NCBI GenBank assembly: GCA_000146045.2 | Contig: BK006948.2 | Location: forward strand, 64,001-128,000 | Length of the DNA: 64,000 bases | Origin: TPA_inf: Saccharomyces | Taxonomy: Eukaryota | Direction: 5' to 3' | Part shown: positions 10,400-21,347 of the stretch, one piece after another | Position numbering within the stretch: position 1 is the first letter of the stretch | Layout of the letters: the number at the start of each line of letters is the position of its first letter | Made by a program: the position numbers and the translations under genes | The notes under the pieces: model-generated | Databases searched by the model: none | Told to the model about the DNA's origin: nothing | The model's input: the letters and a program-made list of their open reading frames with translations, nothing else

Positions 10400-12979
10400 A
10401 TGTCATCATCCTCAAGTTCATCAGAGTCATCGCCTAATTTATCGCGGTCAAACTCACTGGCTAACACGATGGTTTCCATGAAAACAGAAGACCATACGGG
10501 ATTGTACGACCATAGGCAGCACCCTGACTCACTGCCGGTCCGTCACCAACCTCCAACATTGAAGAACAAGGAAATTGCTAAGTCCACTAAACCTTCTATT
10601 CCTAAGGAGCAGAAGAGTGCAACGAGATACAACAGCCATGTGGATGTGGGAAGCGTACCCAGTAGGGGCCGCATGGATTTTGAAGATGAAGGGCAGGGTA
10701 TGGATGAAACGGTTGCTCATCATCAATTGAGGGCATCTGCCATTTTAACTTCTAACGCGAGGCCTTCCAGACTAGCCCACTCCATGCCACATCAAAGGCA
10801 GCTTTATGTGGAAAGTAATATACACACACCACCAAAGGATGTAGGTGTAAAGAGAGACTATACTATGTCATCTTCTACTGCATCATCAGGTAACAAATCC
10901 AAGCTGAGCGCATCTTCCTCGGCAAGTCCTATTACGAAGGTTAGAAAATCTTCGCTGGTCAGTCCTGTTCTTGAGATCCCACACGAATCGAAATCTGATA
11001 CACACTCCAAGCTGGCTAAACCCAAGAAGAGGACATATTCTACCACATCTGCGCATTCATCTATCAATCCCGCAGTTTTACTGACGAAAAGCACATCCCA
11101 AAAATCGGATGCAGATGATGATACATTGGAAAGAAAACCAGTACGTATGAATACTAGAGCTTCTTTTGATAGTGACGTATCACAGGCGTCGAGAGATTCT
11201 CAAGAGACGGAAGAAGATGTTTGTTTCCCTATGCCACCACAATTGCATACCAGAGTTAACGGTATAGATTTCGATGAACTGGAAGAGTACGCTCAGTTTG
11301 CAAACGCGGAGAAGAGTCAATTTTTGGCAAGTCTGCAAGTGCCCAACGAACAGAAGTACAGTAACGTTTCTCAGGATATCGGGTTTACCAGCTCTACTTC
11401 CACTTCGGGATCATCAGCTGCCCTAAAATATACACCAAGAGTTTCGCAGACTGGTGAAAAGAGCGAGAGTACCAATGAAACAGAAATCCATGAAAAGAAG
11501 GAAGACGAGCATGAGAAAATCAAGCCTAGTTTACACCCTGGTATATCTTTCGGTAAAAATAAAGTTGAAGGGGAAGAGAATGAAAACATTCCATCCAATG
11601 ACCCGGCGTATTGCTCTTACCAGGGTACAGACTTTCAAATTCCTAATAGATTTTCTTTTTTCTGTTCCGAATCTGATGAAACCGTTCATGCTAGTGATAT
11701 CCCTTCCTTAGTGTCTGAGGGACAAACATTCTATGAATTATTCAGGGGAGGTGAGCCAACATGGTGGTTAGATTGTAGTTGTCCAACTGATGATGAAATG
11801 CGTTGCATAGCAAAGGCGTTTGGTATCCATCCATTGACTGCAGAAGATATCAGAATGCAAGAAACACGTGAAAAGGTGGAACTTTTCAAATCGTATTACT
11901 TCGTTTGTTTCCATACCTTTGAAAATGATAAAGAATCAGAGGATTTCCTGGAACCTATTAACGTTTACATTGTTGTCTGTAGGTCAGGTGTTTTAACATT
12001 CCATTTTGGCCCAATATCTCATTGTGCTAATGTCAGAAGGCGTGTAAGACAGTTACGTGACTATGTCAATGTCAATTCAGATTGGTTATGTTATGCTTTA
12101 ATCGATGACATTACTGATAGTTTCGCTCCTGTAATTCAATCTATTGAATATGAAGCAGATGCAATCGAAGATTCTGTGTTCATGGCTCGTGACATGGATT
12201 TTGCAGCAATGTTACAAAGAATTGGTGAAAGTAGGCGTAAGACAATGACGTTGATGAGACTTCTTAGTGGTAAGGCTGATGTTATCAAAATGTTTGCCAA
12301 AAGATGCCAAGATGAAGCTAATGGTATTGGACCGGCACTAACATCTCAAATAAATATTGCTAACTTACAGGCAAGGCAGGATAACGCCAGTCATATCAAA
12401 AATAATAGTTCGACAACTGTACCAAATAATTATGCGCCCACCACATCACAACCGAGGGGGGATATCGCCCTATACTTGGGTGATATTCAAGATCATTTGT
12501 TGACAATGTTTCAAAATTTGCTGGCGTACGAAAAAATTTTTTCTAGATCCCATACAAACTACTTAGCTCAACTGCAAGTGGAATCATTTAATTCTAATAA
12601 TAAAGTGACAGAAATGTTGGGTAAAGTCACCATGATAGGTACAATGCTAGTTCCATTAAATGTTATCACTGGTCTTTTCGGTATGAATGTTAAAGTTCCG
12701 GGGGAGAATTCCAGTATCGCGTGGTGGTTTGGGATATTGGGTGTGCTGCTTTTGCTGGCCGTCCTTGGTTGGTTCTTGGCCAGCTATTGGATTAAAAGAA
12801 TAGACCCTCCTGCAACACTTAACGAGGCCGCTGAAAGTGGAGCCAAATCGGTTATTTCGAGCTTCTTGCCAAAAAGAAACAAGAGATTCAATGATCGTTC
12901 CAAAAATATAAATGTAAGAGCCGGTCCTTCAAACAAATCAGTTGCAAGTCTTCCTAGTAGATATAGCCGCTACGACTGA
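10400..12979 (+). CDS. ALR1: Plasma-membrane Mg2+ transporter of the CorA/Alr family
   Basis: 859-aa ORF with a Ser-rich N-terminus, a CorA-like C-terminal region with two TM helices and a GMN motif (LFGMNV). Length matches Alr1. Confidence 0.9.
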   Translation: MSSSSSSSESSPNLSRSNSLANTMVSMKTEDHTGLYDHRQHPDSLPVRHQPPTLKNKEIAKSTKPSIPKEQKSATRYNSHVDVGSVPSRGRMDFEDEGQGMDETVAHHQLRASAILTSNARPSRLAHSMPHQRQLYVESNIHTPPKDVGVKRDYTMSSSTASSGNKSKLSASSSASPITKVRKSSLVSPVLEIPHESKSDTHSKLAKPKKRTYSTTSAHSSINPAVLLTKSTSQKSDADDDTLERKPVRMNTRASFDSDVSQASRDSQETEEDVCFPMPPQLHTRVNGIDFDELEEYAQFANAEKSQFLASLQVPNEQKYSNVSQDIGFTSSTSTSGSSAALKYTPRVSQTGEKSESTNETEIHEKKEDEHEKIKPSLHPGISFGKNKVEGEENENIPSNDPAYCSYQGTDFQIPNRFSFFCSESDETVHASDIPSLVSEGQTFYELFRGGEPTWWLDCSCPTDDEMRCIAKAFGIHPLTAEDIRMQETREKVELFKSYYFVCFHTFENDKESEDFLEPINVYIVVCRSGVLTFHFGPISHCANVRRRVRQLRDYVNVNSDWLCYALIDDITDSFAPVIQSIEYEADAIEDSVFMARDMDFAAMLQRIGESRRKTMTLMRLLSGKADVIKMFAKRCQDEANGIGPALTSQINIANLQARQDNASHIKNNSSTTVPNNYAPTTSQPRGDIALYLGDIQDHLLTMFQNLLAYEKIFSRSHTNYLAQLQVESFNSNNKVTEMLGKVTMIGTMLVPLNVITGLFGMNVKVPGENSSIAWWFGILGVLLLLAVLGWFLASYWIKRIDPPATLNEAAESGAKSVISSFLPKRNKRFNDRSKNINVRAGPSNKSVASLPSRYSRYD

Positions 12980-13559
12980 TTAGTGATGTGATAAAGATAG
13001 AAGATTTAAGTCACAGAGGCGTGCATCTACGATTTTGGCGTTTCACATTTTTTACACTTAAATTTTAGTGATCTAGCCGTGACCTTGGCAGCAGTTTCCA
13101 AAATCATTCCATGACCATGTCATGCTTAAGAACGTTAGACCCAGAACAAGTGGACCTGTATTCTAACTCTTCACTCTTGGGCAAAGATAATAGTATTATC
13201 TTTTACCCCATTTTTTGTATGTTTTTTCGTTTATTGAGTTTGGCGTTTCCTATTTAGAAATAGTACAATCCGGTCAATCATTCGATAGTGAAATATATAT
13301 ATTTAACTAGGAAAATTAGTAAAACCTCATTTAAAGATCATTCACCTTGATATATACTACTATTGACCTTTTGTTAATGACCATTTTCGTAAAAATGAAC
13401 TGCGATTCTCTTCTGGAATTTGTTACCCTACCTTATTCACTAAATCAGAAATAATAATGTGCAGCGCCCCTTTCATAAAGAAGGCAAGTATAGGGCATAT
13501 AGTTAAAGGTCAGAACTCTTTATCCCCAACTACAAGATCAATTAGAAAATCACATCATC

Positions 13560-14114
13560 ATGGAGGCAGATGATCATGTTAGCTTATTTCGCTTCCCCTT
13601 CAAGATTCCCACCTTTCGTGGTATAAGAAAAGGTGGGGTCTATCTTTCAGGTGCTCTCTATGCTCTAGGCTTTTGGATATTTCTAGACGCAGTGCTCTAT
13701 TCTAGATATTCCAATGCATCAGATGTTCATGTTACGTTCATTGACTGGATTCCTTTTCTTTGCAGCACACTGGGAACATTGATTGTGAATTCTATTGAAA
13801 AGAATAGATTATTGCAGGGAGCTTTATCGTCAGATGGTGGTGCCTTCGGTAGTGGTGTAGGCGATTTAGATTCAAGCATGGCATGGCAAGCTCGAACCGT
13901 TTTATTTTTTGGCTTTGCTTTATTAGCTGGTGGGCTATCAGGCTCCATTGTCGTGTTGATCATCAAATTTTTAGTCAAGGATTACAATACCTATCCAACT
14001 TTGGGGATGGGAGTAAACAATGTGTTGGGGAATGTATGCATATTATTGAGTTGCGTTGTTTTATGGATAGCCCAAAATGTTGAAGATGAATATTCATATT
14101 CTTTGACGCTCTAA
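13560..14114 (+). CDS. VPS68: Vacuolar-sorting membrane protein Vps68 (184 aa, 4 TM)
   Basis: 184-aa hydrophobic ORF matching remembered Vps68 in length and position. Confidence 0.8.
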   Translation: MEADDHVSLFRFPFKIPTFRGIRKGGVYLSGALYALGFWIFLDAVLYSRYSNASDVHVTFIDWIPFLCSTLGTLIVNSIEKNRLLQGALSSDGGAFGSGVGDLDSSMAWQARTVLFFGFALLAGGLSGSIVVLIIKFLVKDYNTYPTLGMGVNNVLGNVCILLSCVVLWIAQNVEDEYSYSLTL

Positions 14115-14351
14115 GTTAAGTTGACCAATATTTTCGAGGCCAATTAAGGCGATCTGATTTAGATAAAAAACGTATATATGTATTTATCAACACTTTTTCG
14201 AAAACAAAAAGATTTTTAGATAGGAGTATGTACATTCCAATATATTTGTAATGTTTCACATAAAAGGACAGTCTGAGAAAAAATGCAAGTAATGTGGTAA
14301 GAAGGAAACATAAGATGACGGCAAATGCAAAAATGAGGTAAGAATCAGCAA

Positions 14352-15479
14352 CTAATCCAGAGATGGCACAATCAAGTTGTAATACTCTCCAAGAGCCCTT
14401 TTCTCCGATGCACTAAAATTAAAGAGGTCTGGTAGGTGAACCGGCATACTCGAACCTCTTGGCAAAAAATAGGTTTCATTTCTTAACGCGTCAAAAAATT
14501 CGTGAGCCATCAATTGTCTAGCATCGCACCTTTCAGTGGCATCATACGTCAACACCTTTAGCAAGAATTCCACATCAAAAAATTCTATAGAGGGAAACCA
14601 ATGCATAAACTTCTTGAATTTTTGGTCATTTAAGCTATCCTGTAACTCTTGAGAATTTTTTATAGAACTTTTAGGAAAGCGGCCTAATAGTTTAGCTATC
14701 TCCTCCAGTTGTGAGTTAGCGCTATCGCCTTTAAAAAGTGGCTGGCCTTTTATCATTTCGCCTATTATACAACCAAGCGACCATATATCTATTTGAGTTG
14801 TATAATCCTTCGAATTTAGGAGAAGTTCAGGTGCTCTATAAAACCTCGAGCAAAAATAGGTCTTCAATTCTGTATTATCATCCAGTCGCTGTGCCGAGCC
14901 AAAGTCACACACTTTAGCAATACCGCTACTTGGTATAATCAATATATTGCTCGGTTTCAGATCGCCATGGCATATACTCATGGAATGTAAGGTCAGAAGT
15001 GCTCGAAGTATTTGGAATGTGTACAGCTTGATATGTTTTGTAGGCATCTTAGAACCATTGTCAAAATATTCATGAATTTCAGAACTTAAGGTTTGAGGAA
15101 TGTATTCCATAACAAAGTTTTTCTGATATAAGTGCCCACCGTCCTTGGTAGTACAGTGGCTCTCGAAGAAGAACTCTAAAGTAACCAGATTTGGATGTCT
15201 GATATTCTGTAAGATCTCCAATTCCAAAGATTGTACTTTGGGAGATTTCACTACTCTTTTTATGGCATAAGGTCCTAGCCATTCAATACTATTGCTCGAC
15301 AGAATGGACTGTGTCACAGTTCCAAACGAGCCGTGGCCTATCCGTTTCCCTTCCCTGACGTACATTTTGCTCTTTTGTCTGTTTTTAATCGATACGATGT
15401 CATCGATAAAGTAGTGTTCATCCTCCAATTTTGTCATTCTATTGGGGTTGCTCCCGAAAACGTTATTCACTTTAAGCAT
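14352..15479 (-). CDS. YGK3: GSK-3 family protein kinase
   Basis: The ORF track gives 14352-15503 (383 aa). Remembered Ygk3 is 375 aa, so the start is likely the Met at residue 9 (15479). Kinase motifs present are HGDLKPSN, DFG and APE. Confidence 0.8.
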   Translation of the reverse strand: MLKVNNVFGSNPNRMTKLEDEHYFIDDIVSIKNRQKSKMYVREGKRIGHGSFGTVTQSILSSNSIEWLGPYAIKRVVKSPKVQSLELEILQNIRHPNLVTLEFFFESHCTTKDGGHLYQKNFVMEYIPQTLSSEIHEYFDNGSKMPTKHIKLYTFQILRALLTLHSMSICHGDLKPSNILIIPSSGIAKVCDFGSAQRLDDNTELKTYFCSRFYRAPELLLNSKDYTTQIDIWSLGCIIGEMIKGQPLFKGDSANSQLEEIAKLLGRFPKSSIKNSQELQDSLNDQKFKKFMHWFPSIEFFDVEFLLKVLTYDATERCDARQLMAHEFFDALRNETYFLPRGSSMPVHLPDLFNFSASEKRALGEYYNLIVPSLD

Positions 15480-15947
15480 TAGGTATGTTAGTGCTAAAAG
15501 CAAAATGTATGTAGTATTTTCTTTTTTTTTGTTTGTTTTTTAGTGTCCTCATCGATGTACGTACTGTATCAACACAACGAAGAACGACACCTCTTTATAA
15601 ACCCTAAGCTTGCTATTTGAGAGCAAGAGATCTTTACGTAAACAGATAGGGTCACACAGACTATACGAAAACCTGTCAATATAATCTATTCGGATAAGAT
15701 TATCAACCCCTCCCTGCAAGATTTTTTATTGTTATTATTACAGTTTTTAAACTGGTAGCAGAGCTATCCGGTAAACATGTACTAATCAGTCTAACACCCC
15801 GGAGGAGGCTTATCATTACATATTCTTGTCTCGGCGTTCTTTAAGTTTCTTATCTTGTATGCCCGATATAGCAACCTTGTTGGTACCAATCTAACGGTTT
15901 CCGTACTTTGCAATGAAGAGATGAGGAGGCATGGGTCACTTATTTAA

Positions 15948-15960
15948 TATGTACGGGTGT
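15948..15960 (-). promoter_or_regulatory. Rap1 binding site (ACACCCGTACATA) about 390 bp upstream of the RPL25 ATG
   Basis: Reverse complement of 15948-15960 is ACACCCGTACATA, a full match to Rap1 consensus ACACCCRYACAYM. Location is typical for RP promoters. Confidence 0.55.
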
Positions 15961-16347
15961 TTACATGGAGTTGCTTTCTTTTTTTGTCTCAGCAGTCATT
16001 GTGCGCCAAAAAAAGAGAAAACCGTGAGCCGAAGTCCACGCTCTGGAGTTAGGCTCTCCCATTACGGAGAGAAGCATTTCCTCAGCCTGGGAGCCCCGTT
16101 GGAACAGTCAGGCTAAACTGGGCCTTCCTACCCACTGCTTGCTGTTTCTCACTGGACGCACAAGGGGATTTTCTTTCTACCTTCGGCTTGCCTCACTGCG
16201 TTGGGGCTTCCCAATGCAACTTCGTTCGTATGCATACAATCTTTTAGATATTATCTTTTAAAATTATTTTAAAACAATTTTAAATGTATCTCATATGCTT
16301 TTCTTCTGCTGTTGAAAAGGCTAAACAAAGAAGATCAATAAGATAAA

Positions 16348-17190
16348 ATGGCTCCATCTGGTATGTGAACTGCAATATTAATAGCACGAGAAAATTGAGA
16401 GGAAGATAGATGGGAACTAGTAGAGTTGATATTGATGAGATACGAAAACCACACGTAAATAAACTATCCGACGACAAGAATAGTGCATTAAGGACTTGAT
16501 TAAGATATGGTGAGCAACGTAATTATCGGGCTCAACAGTTTATTAGCAATCGTTTTGATAGAAGCGTTGATGCTGTGGAAGTTGTTCTTTTTACTACCAA
16601 CAGCCATTAACAAATCCATTAGAGTGTTCGTTCGTTTTTCTGCTCAGATTCAAGAAAATTATTCCATCCTCATTATACTTTTTTCTTCTATTTCGTGCTC
16701 CACGTCGAGGTATCAAGGAACATAGTTTACTAACATTAACGAATTCATCTCCTATGAATTTACTTTTTGTATAGCTAAGGCTACTGCCGCTAAGAAAGCT
16801 GTCGTTAAGGGTACTAATGGTAAGAAGGCTTTGAAGGTCAGAACTTCTGCTACCTTCAGACTACCAAAGACCTTGAAGTTGGCTAGAGCTCCAAAATATG
16901 CTTCCAAGGCTGTTCCACATTACAACAGATTGGACTCATACAAGGTCATTGAGCAACCAATCACTTCTGAAACCGCTATGAAGAAGGTTGAAGATGGTAA
17001 CATTTTGGTTTTCCAAGTTTCCATGAAAGCTAACAAATACCAAATCAAGAAGGCCGTCAAGGAATTATACGAAGTTGACGTATTGAAGGTTAACACTTTG
17101 GTTAGACCAAACGGTACCAAGAAGGCTTACGTTAGATTGACTGCTGACTACGATGCTTTGGACATTGCTAACAGAATCGGTTACATTTAA
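16348..17190 (+). CDS. RPL25: Ribosomal protein L25 (uL23), split gene: exon1 16348-16360, intron 16361-16774 (414 nt), exon2 16775-17190
   Basis: ATGGCTCCATCTG is followed by GTATGT at 16361. TACTAAC lies at 16728-16734 and acceptor tatAG ends at 16774. The spliced product reads [32 protein letters not shown]..., equal to remembered Rpl25 (142 aa). The ORF-track entry 16831-17190 is the exon-2 portion. Confidence 0.92.
16361..16774 (+). other. RPL25: Spliceosomal intron of RPL25
   Basis: Donor GTATGT, branchpoint TACTAAC and acceptor AG are all present, and splicing restores the frame. Confidence 0.9.
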
Positions 17191-17630
17191 TCTAATTGGT
17201 TTAATTAATAAATTTAATATTATTTTTAAATTTTTCTTTAAATATACAATAAATCTTTCATAACATGTTAAATTCATGATTAAGCGTAAATAAAGTGTAG
17301 TGGCAGAGTGCACGGGGTTTCCTGTGCCTTACAAAGTAGGTACCAATTTGCGTATTGCAGCGAGGGTTCCGGTTACTATTTATAATTACGTGTTAGTGTA
17401 CTGTGATTTTATTGAGGCTATAACAAGAAAAGGATCTGTGAAGGTTTTGAGAGAATGAGGCGAAAACACAGGGTTATTTTCATCAGCAACGCCGCTGTTT
17501 CAGCGGCACCCTGCCCTTTTCTTTTCGCAAGATGAGAGTAAAGAGTTGTACATCAGGTAAGAATGTTATTATTTAAATTCGAAGTGATAAATTCTTTTCA
17601 TGATGAATCACTCGCTTATATGGGGTAGAA

Positions 17631-17672
17631 TATATATATATGTGTGTGTGTGTGTGTGTTTGTGTATGTAGG
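17631..17672. repeat. (TA)5(TG)9 dinucleotide microsatellite
   Basis: tatatatata tgtgtgtgtgtgtgtgtg tttgtgtatgtag read directly. Confidence 0.9.
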
Positions 17673-17786
17673 GATGGTGCGCGTTTGTTGTGTGACATTT
17701 GCTACTCATTCTTTTCCTTTTCCTACGACTGGCTTAACGGGAATATTATCAATTTGCTGCATTCTTATGCTTCGGTCCGATGCTCA

Positions 17787-18920
17787 TTAAGATGATGCAG
17801 ATCTCGATGCAACGAATTCCAAGCCCTTATCGATATTTTTCTTTAACTGGGAGACGCAAATTGGCAACATTTGGTTGCGTTCCATGTCGTTCATCCTATT
17901 AACGATGTCATAATCCACATAGGAAACACCCTTTGTAGTAATAGTTAATGGTATGGCAAAGTAGTCTGCACCGTCCACCAGAGGCAATAATTGATCTGCC
18001 CCAGGAGCAATGGGGAAGTTGTTCGCATCTTTTAATGGCACATAGTAGGTTCCATGGATCTGCTCAATGTTACCCAATAACAAAGAAACAAATTGGACAA
18101 CACACTTATAACCGGCATGGGCCATCGATAAGGTAGCACTACCTTTACCGTTCTTGGCCTTGACCACTTCATCACCACCGTATTGGACTCTATGTATTAA
18201 ATATTTCAATTGATCCTCATTTAATCTCGATAGGAAGTTTGACTGTGAAAACAACGGAATAATAGTCTCGCCAGAATGCCCGCCAATTACAGGGACGTCA
18301 GGCATGGAGTTAACACGAGGAGTTAGCCCTGACTCAATGTTTATCTCACGTAGAAAAGTGGACGCTCTGACAATGTCGAGCTTGGTGACACCCATGATCC
18401 TTCTTTCAATGCCGGAATTTCTAGACTGAGGATGGTTCTTAAGAATGTTAGAAACCATCACTGGGACTAAAGAATTAACAGGGTTGGAAATGACAAGAAC
18501 GAAGACCTTGGAAAGATCACAACATTCTGCAATAGAATCACCGAGCTGGCTAATGATACCAGCATTCACGTTAAATAAGTCATCACGAGTCATGCCAGGT
18601 TTTCTTGGAACACCTGCAGGAATGACAACAATAGAAGCGTTATGCAAACAGTTCTCAATGCCACCTGCAGGAGAGTGGCTCGACACGGAAATGGGGGTGT
18701 CTATATGAGACAAGTCGGCGGTAACACCGTTGATGGCTTCTTGGTTGACATCGTAAAGAGCCAGATGAATGTGGGTAACGCTCCGGTTGCTCTCCTTTAA
18801 CTGGTATTGCAACTGAGCTTTCAAAAGCAGCGATAACGACTGCCCGATACCACCGGCAGCACCTAAAATGGCAATTTTTAACGAATCTTGTTCTATGGAT
18901 GGTGTAACTGAGTGAGGCAT
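17787..18920 (-). CDS. MDH2: Cytosolic malate dehydrogenase
   Basis: The ORF track gives 17787-19058 (423 aa). Remembered Mdh2 is 377 aa starting MPHSVTPSIEQ, so the start is the ATG at 18918-18920. Rossmann motif GAAGGIGQ and MDH catalytic region are present. Confidence 0.9.
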   Translation of the reverse strand: MPHSVTPSIEQDSLKIAILGAAGGIGQSLSLLLKAQLQYQLKESNRSVTHIHLALYDVNQEAINGVTADLSHIDTPISVSSHSPAGGIENCLHNASIVVIPAGVPRKPGMTRDDLFNVNAGIISQLGDSIAECCDLSKVFVLVISNPVNSLVPVMVSNILKNHPQSRNSGIERRIMGVTKLDIVRASTFLREINIESGLTPRVNSMPDVPVIGGHSGETIIPLFSQSNFLSRLNEDQLKYLIHRVQYGGDEVVKAKNGKGSATLSMAHAGYKCVVQFVSLLLGNIEQIHGTYYVPLKDANNFPIAPGADQLLPLVDGADYFAIPLTITTKGVSYVDYDIVNRMNDMERNQMLPICVSQLKKNIDKGLEFVASRSASS

Positions 18921-19286
18921 GTTACTATAACTTTTATGATATTGTATTGAACTTTTGTAATAGTCTGCAGCACTATATTCTGGACTACTTCTGACTGTAC
19001 GATTTATACAGAAGGGGAGAAAATATATACAGGGAAAAAGAATCAGAAGGAGAATCATGCAGCAATCTTTATCTCATATCGATAAATCTTTATCTTTATA
19101 TATCTACGCACGCGCGTGTATATTGTTTTTAGAAACCTTAGATACCTTCCGTAGTTCCTTAAAGTCAAATCGGACCTTCCCAACCTTGGGCAACACAAAA
19201 TGCCACTAAACAAAGGAAAAAAACCGGAACTTCCCGGATCATTAGGGGAGTATTGGGGGCAAGGCACGGCGGCTTTAGAACGGCTA

Positions 19287-19298
19287 CGGCCGAATGGG
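19287..19298 (-). promoter_or_regulatory. Carbon-source-responsive element (CSRE, Cat8/Sip4 site) upstream of MDH2
   Basis: Reverse complement CCCATTCGGCCG fits CSRE consensus YCCRTTNRNCCG, about 370 bp upstream of the MDH2 ATG. Confidence 0.45.
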
Positions 19299-19341
19299 CA
19301 AAGTAATTGCGGATTAAAGGGGCCGTATCGTAGATGATGAG

Positions 19342-19353
19342 TCCATTTGGCCG
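19342..19353 (+). promoter_or_regulatory. Second CSRE upstream of MDH2
   Basis: TCCATTTGGCCG fits YCCRTTNRNCCG. MDH2 is a known gluconeogenic, glucose-repressed gene. Confidence 0.45.
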
Positions 19354-19833
19354 GGGAAGGCCGAGATGCCGGCAAGTGACATCTTTTCCGTACTTCGCTA
19401 TATAGATGAGAAATTTGAAAAAAAGTGACAAACGGAAGATAGCGAATGACTAGCTATTGTCTGTAGTAAAAATGGACTTCAATGGTAAACCAAGCAAATA
19501 AAGAAGAAAAAAAGGAAGTAAGAAAGTAGGAGATACAAACGGAAAAGTATGAGGGGATTTTCTTAGGTTTGGGCAAGTGTTGTTGTTGGTCCGCCTTGGG
19601 ACAGGCGCCAGAAGAGGGCTCTGGGCTATATAATCTCATTTTTGCTTTCTATGATTTCTTTCACTTTTTTTTCTTAGCTCATCGCAGGCGGTTCGAGCAA
19701 TAGTGAAAAAGAAAGAAAAAAAGTGAAAACAAAAACCTCAGTTTCTCCATTACGTAAAATGTCTATATATACGTGTACGTAGGTGCTATGAAGGCTTCGC
19801 TAAGTACAGTTCAGGTTTATTATTTAGCGAAGG

Positions 19834-21264
19834 ATGTTACAAGATAATAATGGGCCCGCTGTTAAGAGGGCGAAACCCTCAGAAAGGTTGCAATGTGAAT
19901 ATTTCATGGAAAAAAAGAAACGAAGATGTGGGATGACCAGGAGTTCTCAGAACTTGTATTGTTCAGAGCATCTGAATTTGATGAAAAAGGCGGCTAATTC
20001 TCAAGTGCATAATAAGAATGGCAGTGAAGCAGAGAAAGAAAGAGAAAGAGTACCTTGTCCGCTGGATCCTAACCATACGGTTTGGGCAGATCAATTAAAA
20101 AAGCATTTGAAAAAATGCAACAAGACCAAACTAAGCCATTTAAACGATGATAAGCCATACTATGAACCGGGCTATAACGGAGAGAATGGACTGTTATCGT
20201 CGTCTGTTAAAATAGATATTACTGCGGAACATTTGGTACAATCTATTGAATTGCTGTATAAGGTGTTTGAGGGAGAATCCATGGACGAGCTGCCTTTGAG
20301 ACAACTGAACAATAAGCTTATGTCTCTAAAACGATTCCCTCAATTGCCTTCGAATACTAAACATGCTGTACAACAGTCTTCACTGATCGAAAACTTAGTG
20401 GACGCTGGCGCATTTGAGAGGCCAGAAAGTTTAAACTTCATTGAGTTTGGATGTGGCAGGGCCGAATTCTCGCGCTATGTCAGTCTGTACCTTTTAACAC
20501 AATTGACAAGCCTTCCAGCGGAGCACTCGGGTTCAAACTCGAACGAGTTCGTGTTGATTGACAGAGCAACTAATAGGATGAAGTTCGATAAAAAGATAAA
20601 AGACGATTTTTCAGAAATAAAGTCAAACTCACCTTCCAAACCTATTAGCTGCCCCAGCATCAAAAGGATAAAGATCGACATTAGGGACTTGAAGATGGAT
20701 CCGATTTTAAAATCGACACCTGGGGACGATATACAATACGTGTGCATCTCAAAACACCTTTGTGGTGTAGCTACAGATCTAACTTTGAGGTGTATAGGCA
20801 ACAGCTCAATTTTACATGGCGACGATAACAACGGATGCAACCCCAAACTAAAGGCAATTTGTATTGCCATGTGCTGCAGGCATGTCTGTGACTACGGCGA
20901 CTATGTCAACCGCAGTTACGTTACATCACTTGTTGAAAAGTATAGGGCCCATGGCTCCATCTTGACGTACGAAACCTTTTTCCGCGTTTTAACTAAACTC
21001 TGTTCATGGGGTACCTGCGGAAGGAAACCAGGTACGGCTATTACAGATATAGTAAACGTTGTCGAATCGTTTGAAGGGGCTGAGCCATATACAATAACCA
21101 TTAAAGAGAGAGAAAATATTGGATTAATGGCTAGGCGTGTAATCGACGAGGGCAGGTTGGTATATGTGAAAGAAAAGTTTACAGAGTTTAATGCGGAGCT
21201 GATAAGGTACGTAGAATCCGATGTTTCTTTAGAGAACGTTGCTATGTTAGTTTATAAGAAATAG
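19834..21264 (+). CDS. TRM13: tRNA 2'-O-methyltransferase Trm13 (CCCH zinc finger N-terminus)
   Basis: 476-aa ORF whose length and sequence match remembered Trm13. Confidence 0.85.
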   Translation: MLQDNNGPAVKRAKPSERLQCEYFMEKKKRRCGMTRSSQNLYCSEHLNLMKKAANSQVHNKNGSEAEKERERVPCPLDPNHTVWADQLKKHLKKCNKTKLSHLNDDKPYYEPGYNGENGLLSSSVKIDITAEHLVQSIELLYKVFEGESMDELPLRQLNNKLMSLKRFPQLPSNTKHAVQQSSLIENLVDAGAFERPESLNFIEFGCGRAEFSRYVSLYLLTQLTSLPAEHSGSNSNEFVLIDRATNRMKFDKKIKDDFSEIKSNSPSKPISCPSIKRIKIDIRDLKMDPILKSTPGDDIQYVCISKHLCGVATDLTLRCIGNSSILHGDDNNGCNPKLKAICIAMCCRHVCDYGDYVNRSYVTSLVEKYRAHGSILTYETFFRVLTKLCSWGTCGRKPGTAITDIVNVVESFEGAEPYTITIKERENIGLMARRVIDEGRLVYVKEKFTEFNAELIRYVESDVSLENVAMLVYKK

Positions 21265-21347
21265 AGAGCTTTTAATTTTTATTTTTTTTCACTTGTATTT
21301 TTGACGGGCTATTAATTTTAAATGAAACTTTTCTACATGATGGAACA

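Noticed and set aside
15931-16116. 61-aa ORF and a possible snoRNA in the GC-rich RPL25 upstream segment
   Set aside because: There are no C/D boxes (no TGATGA/CTGA pair) and no convincing H/ACA architecture. The ORF has no coding character. I kept it only as a structured-leader observation.
19055-19640. Small ORFs (61-106 aa) in the MDH2/TRM13 intergenic region
   Set aside because: The region is a GC-rich promoter carrying CSREs and a TATA element. The ORFs overlap each other with no coding periodicity.
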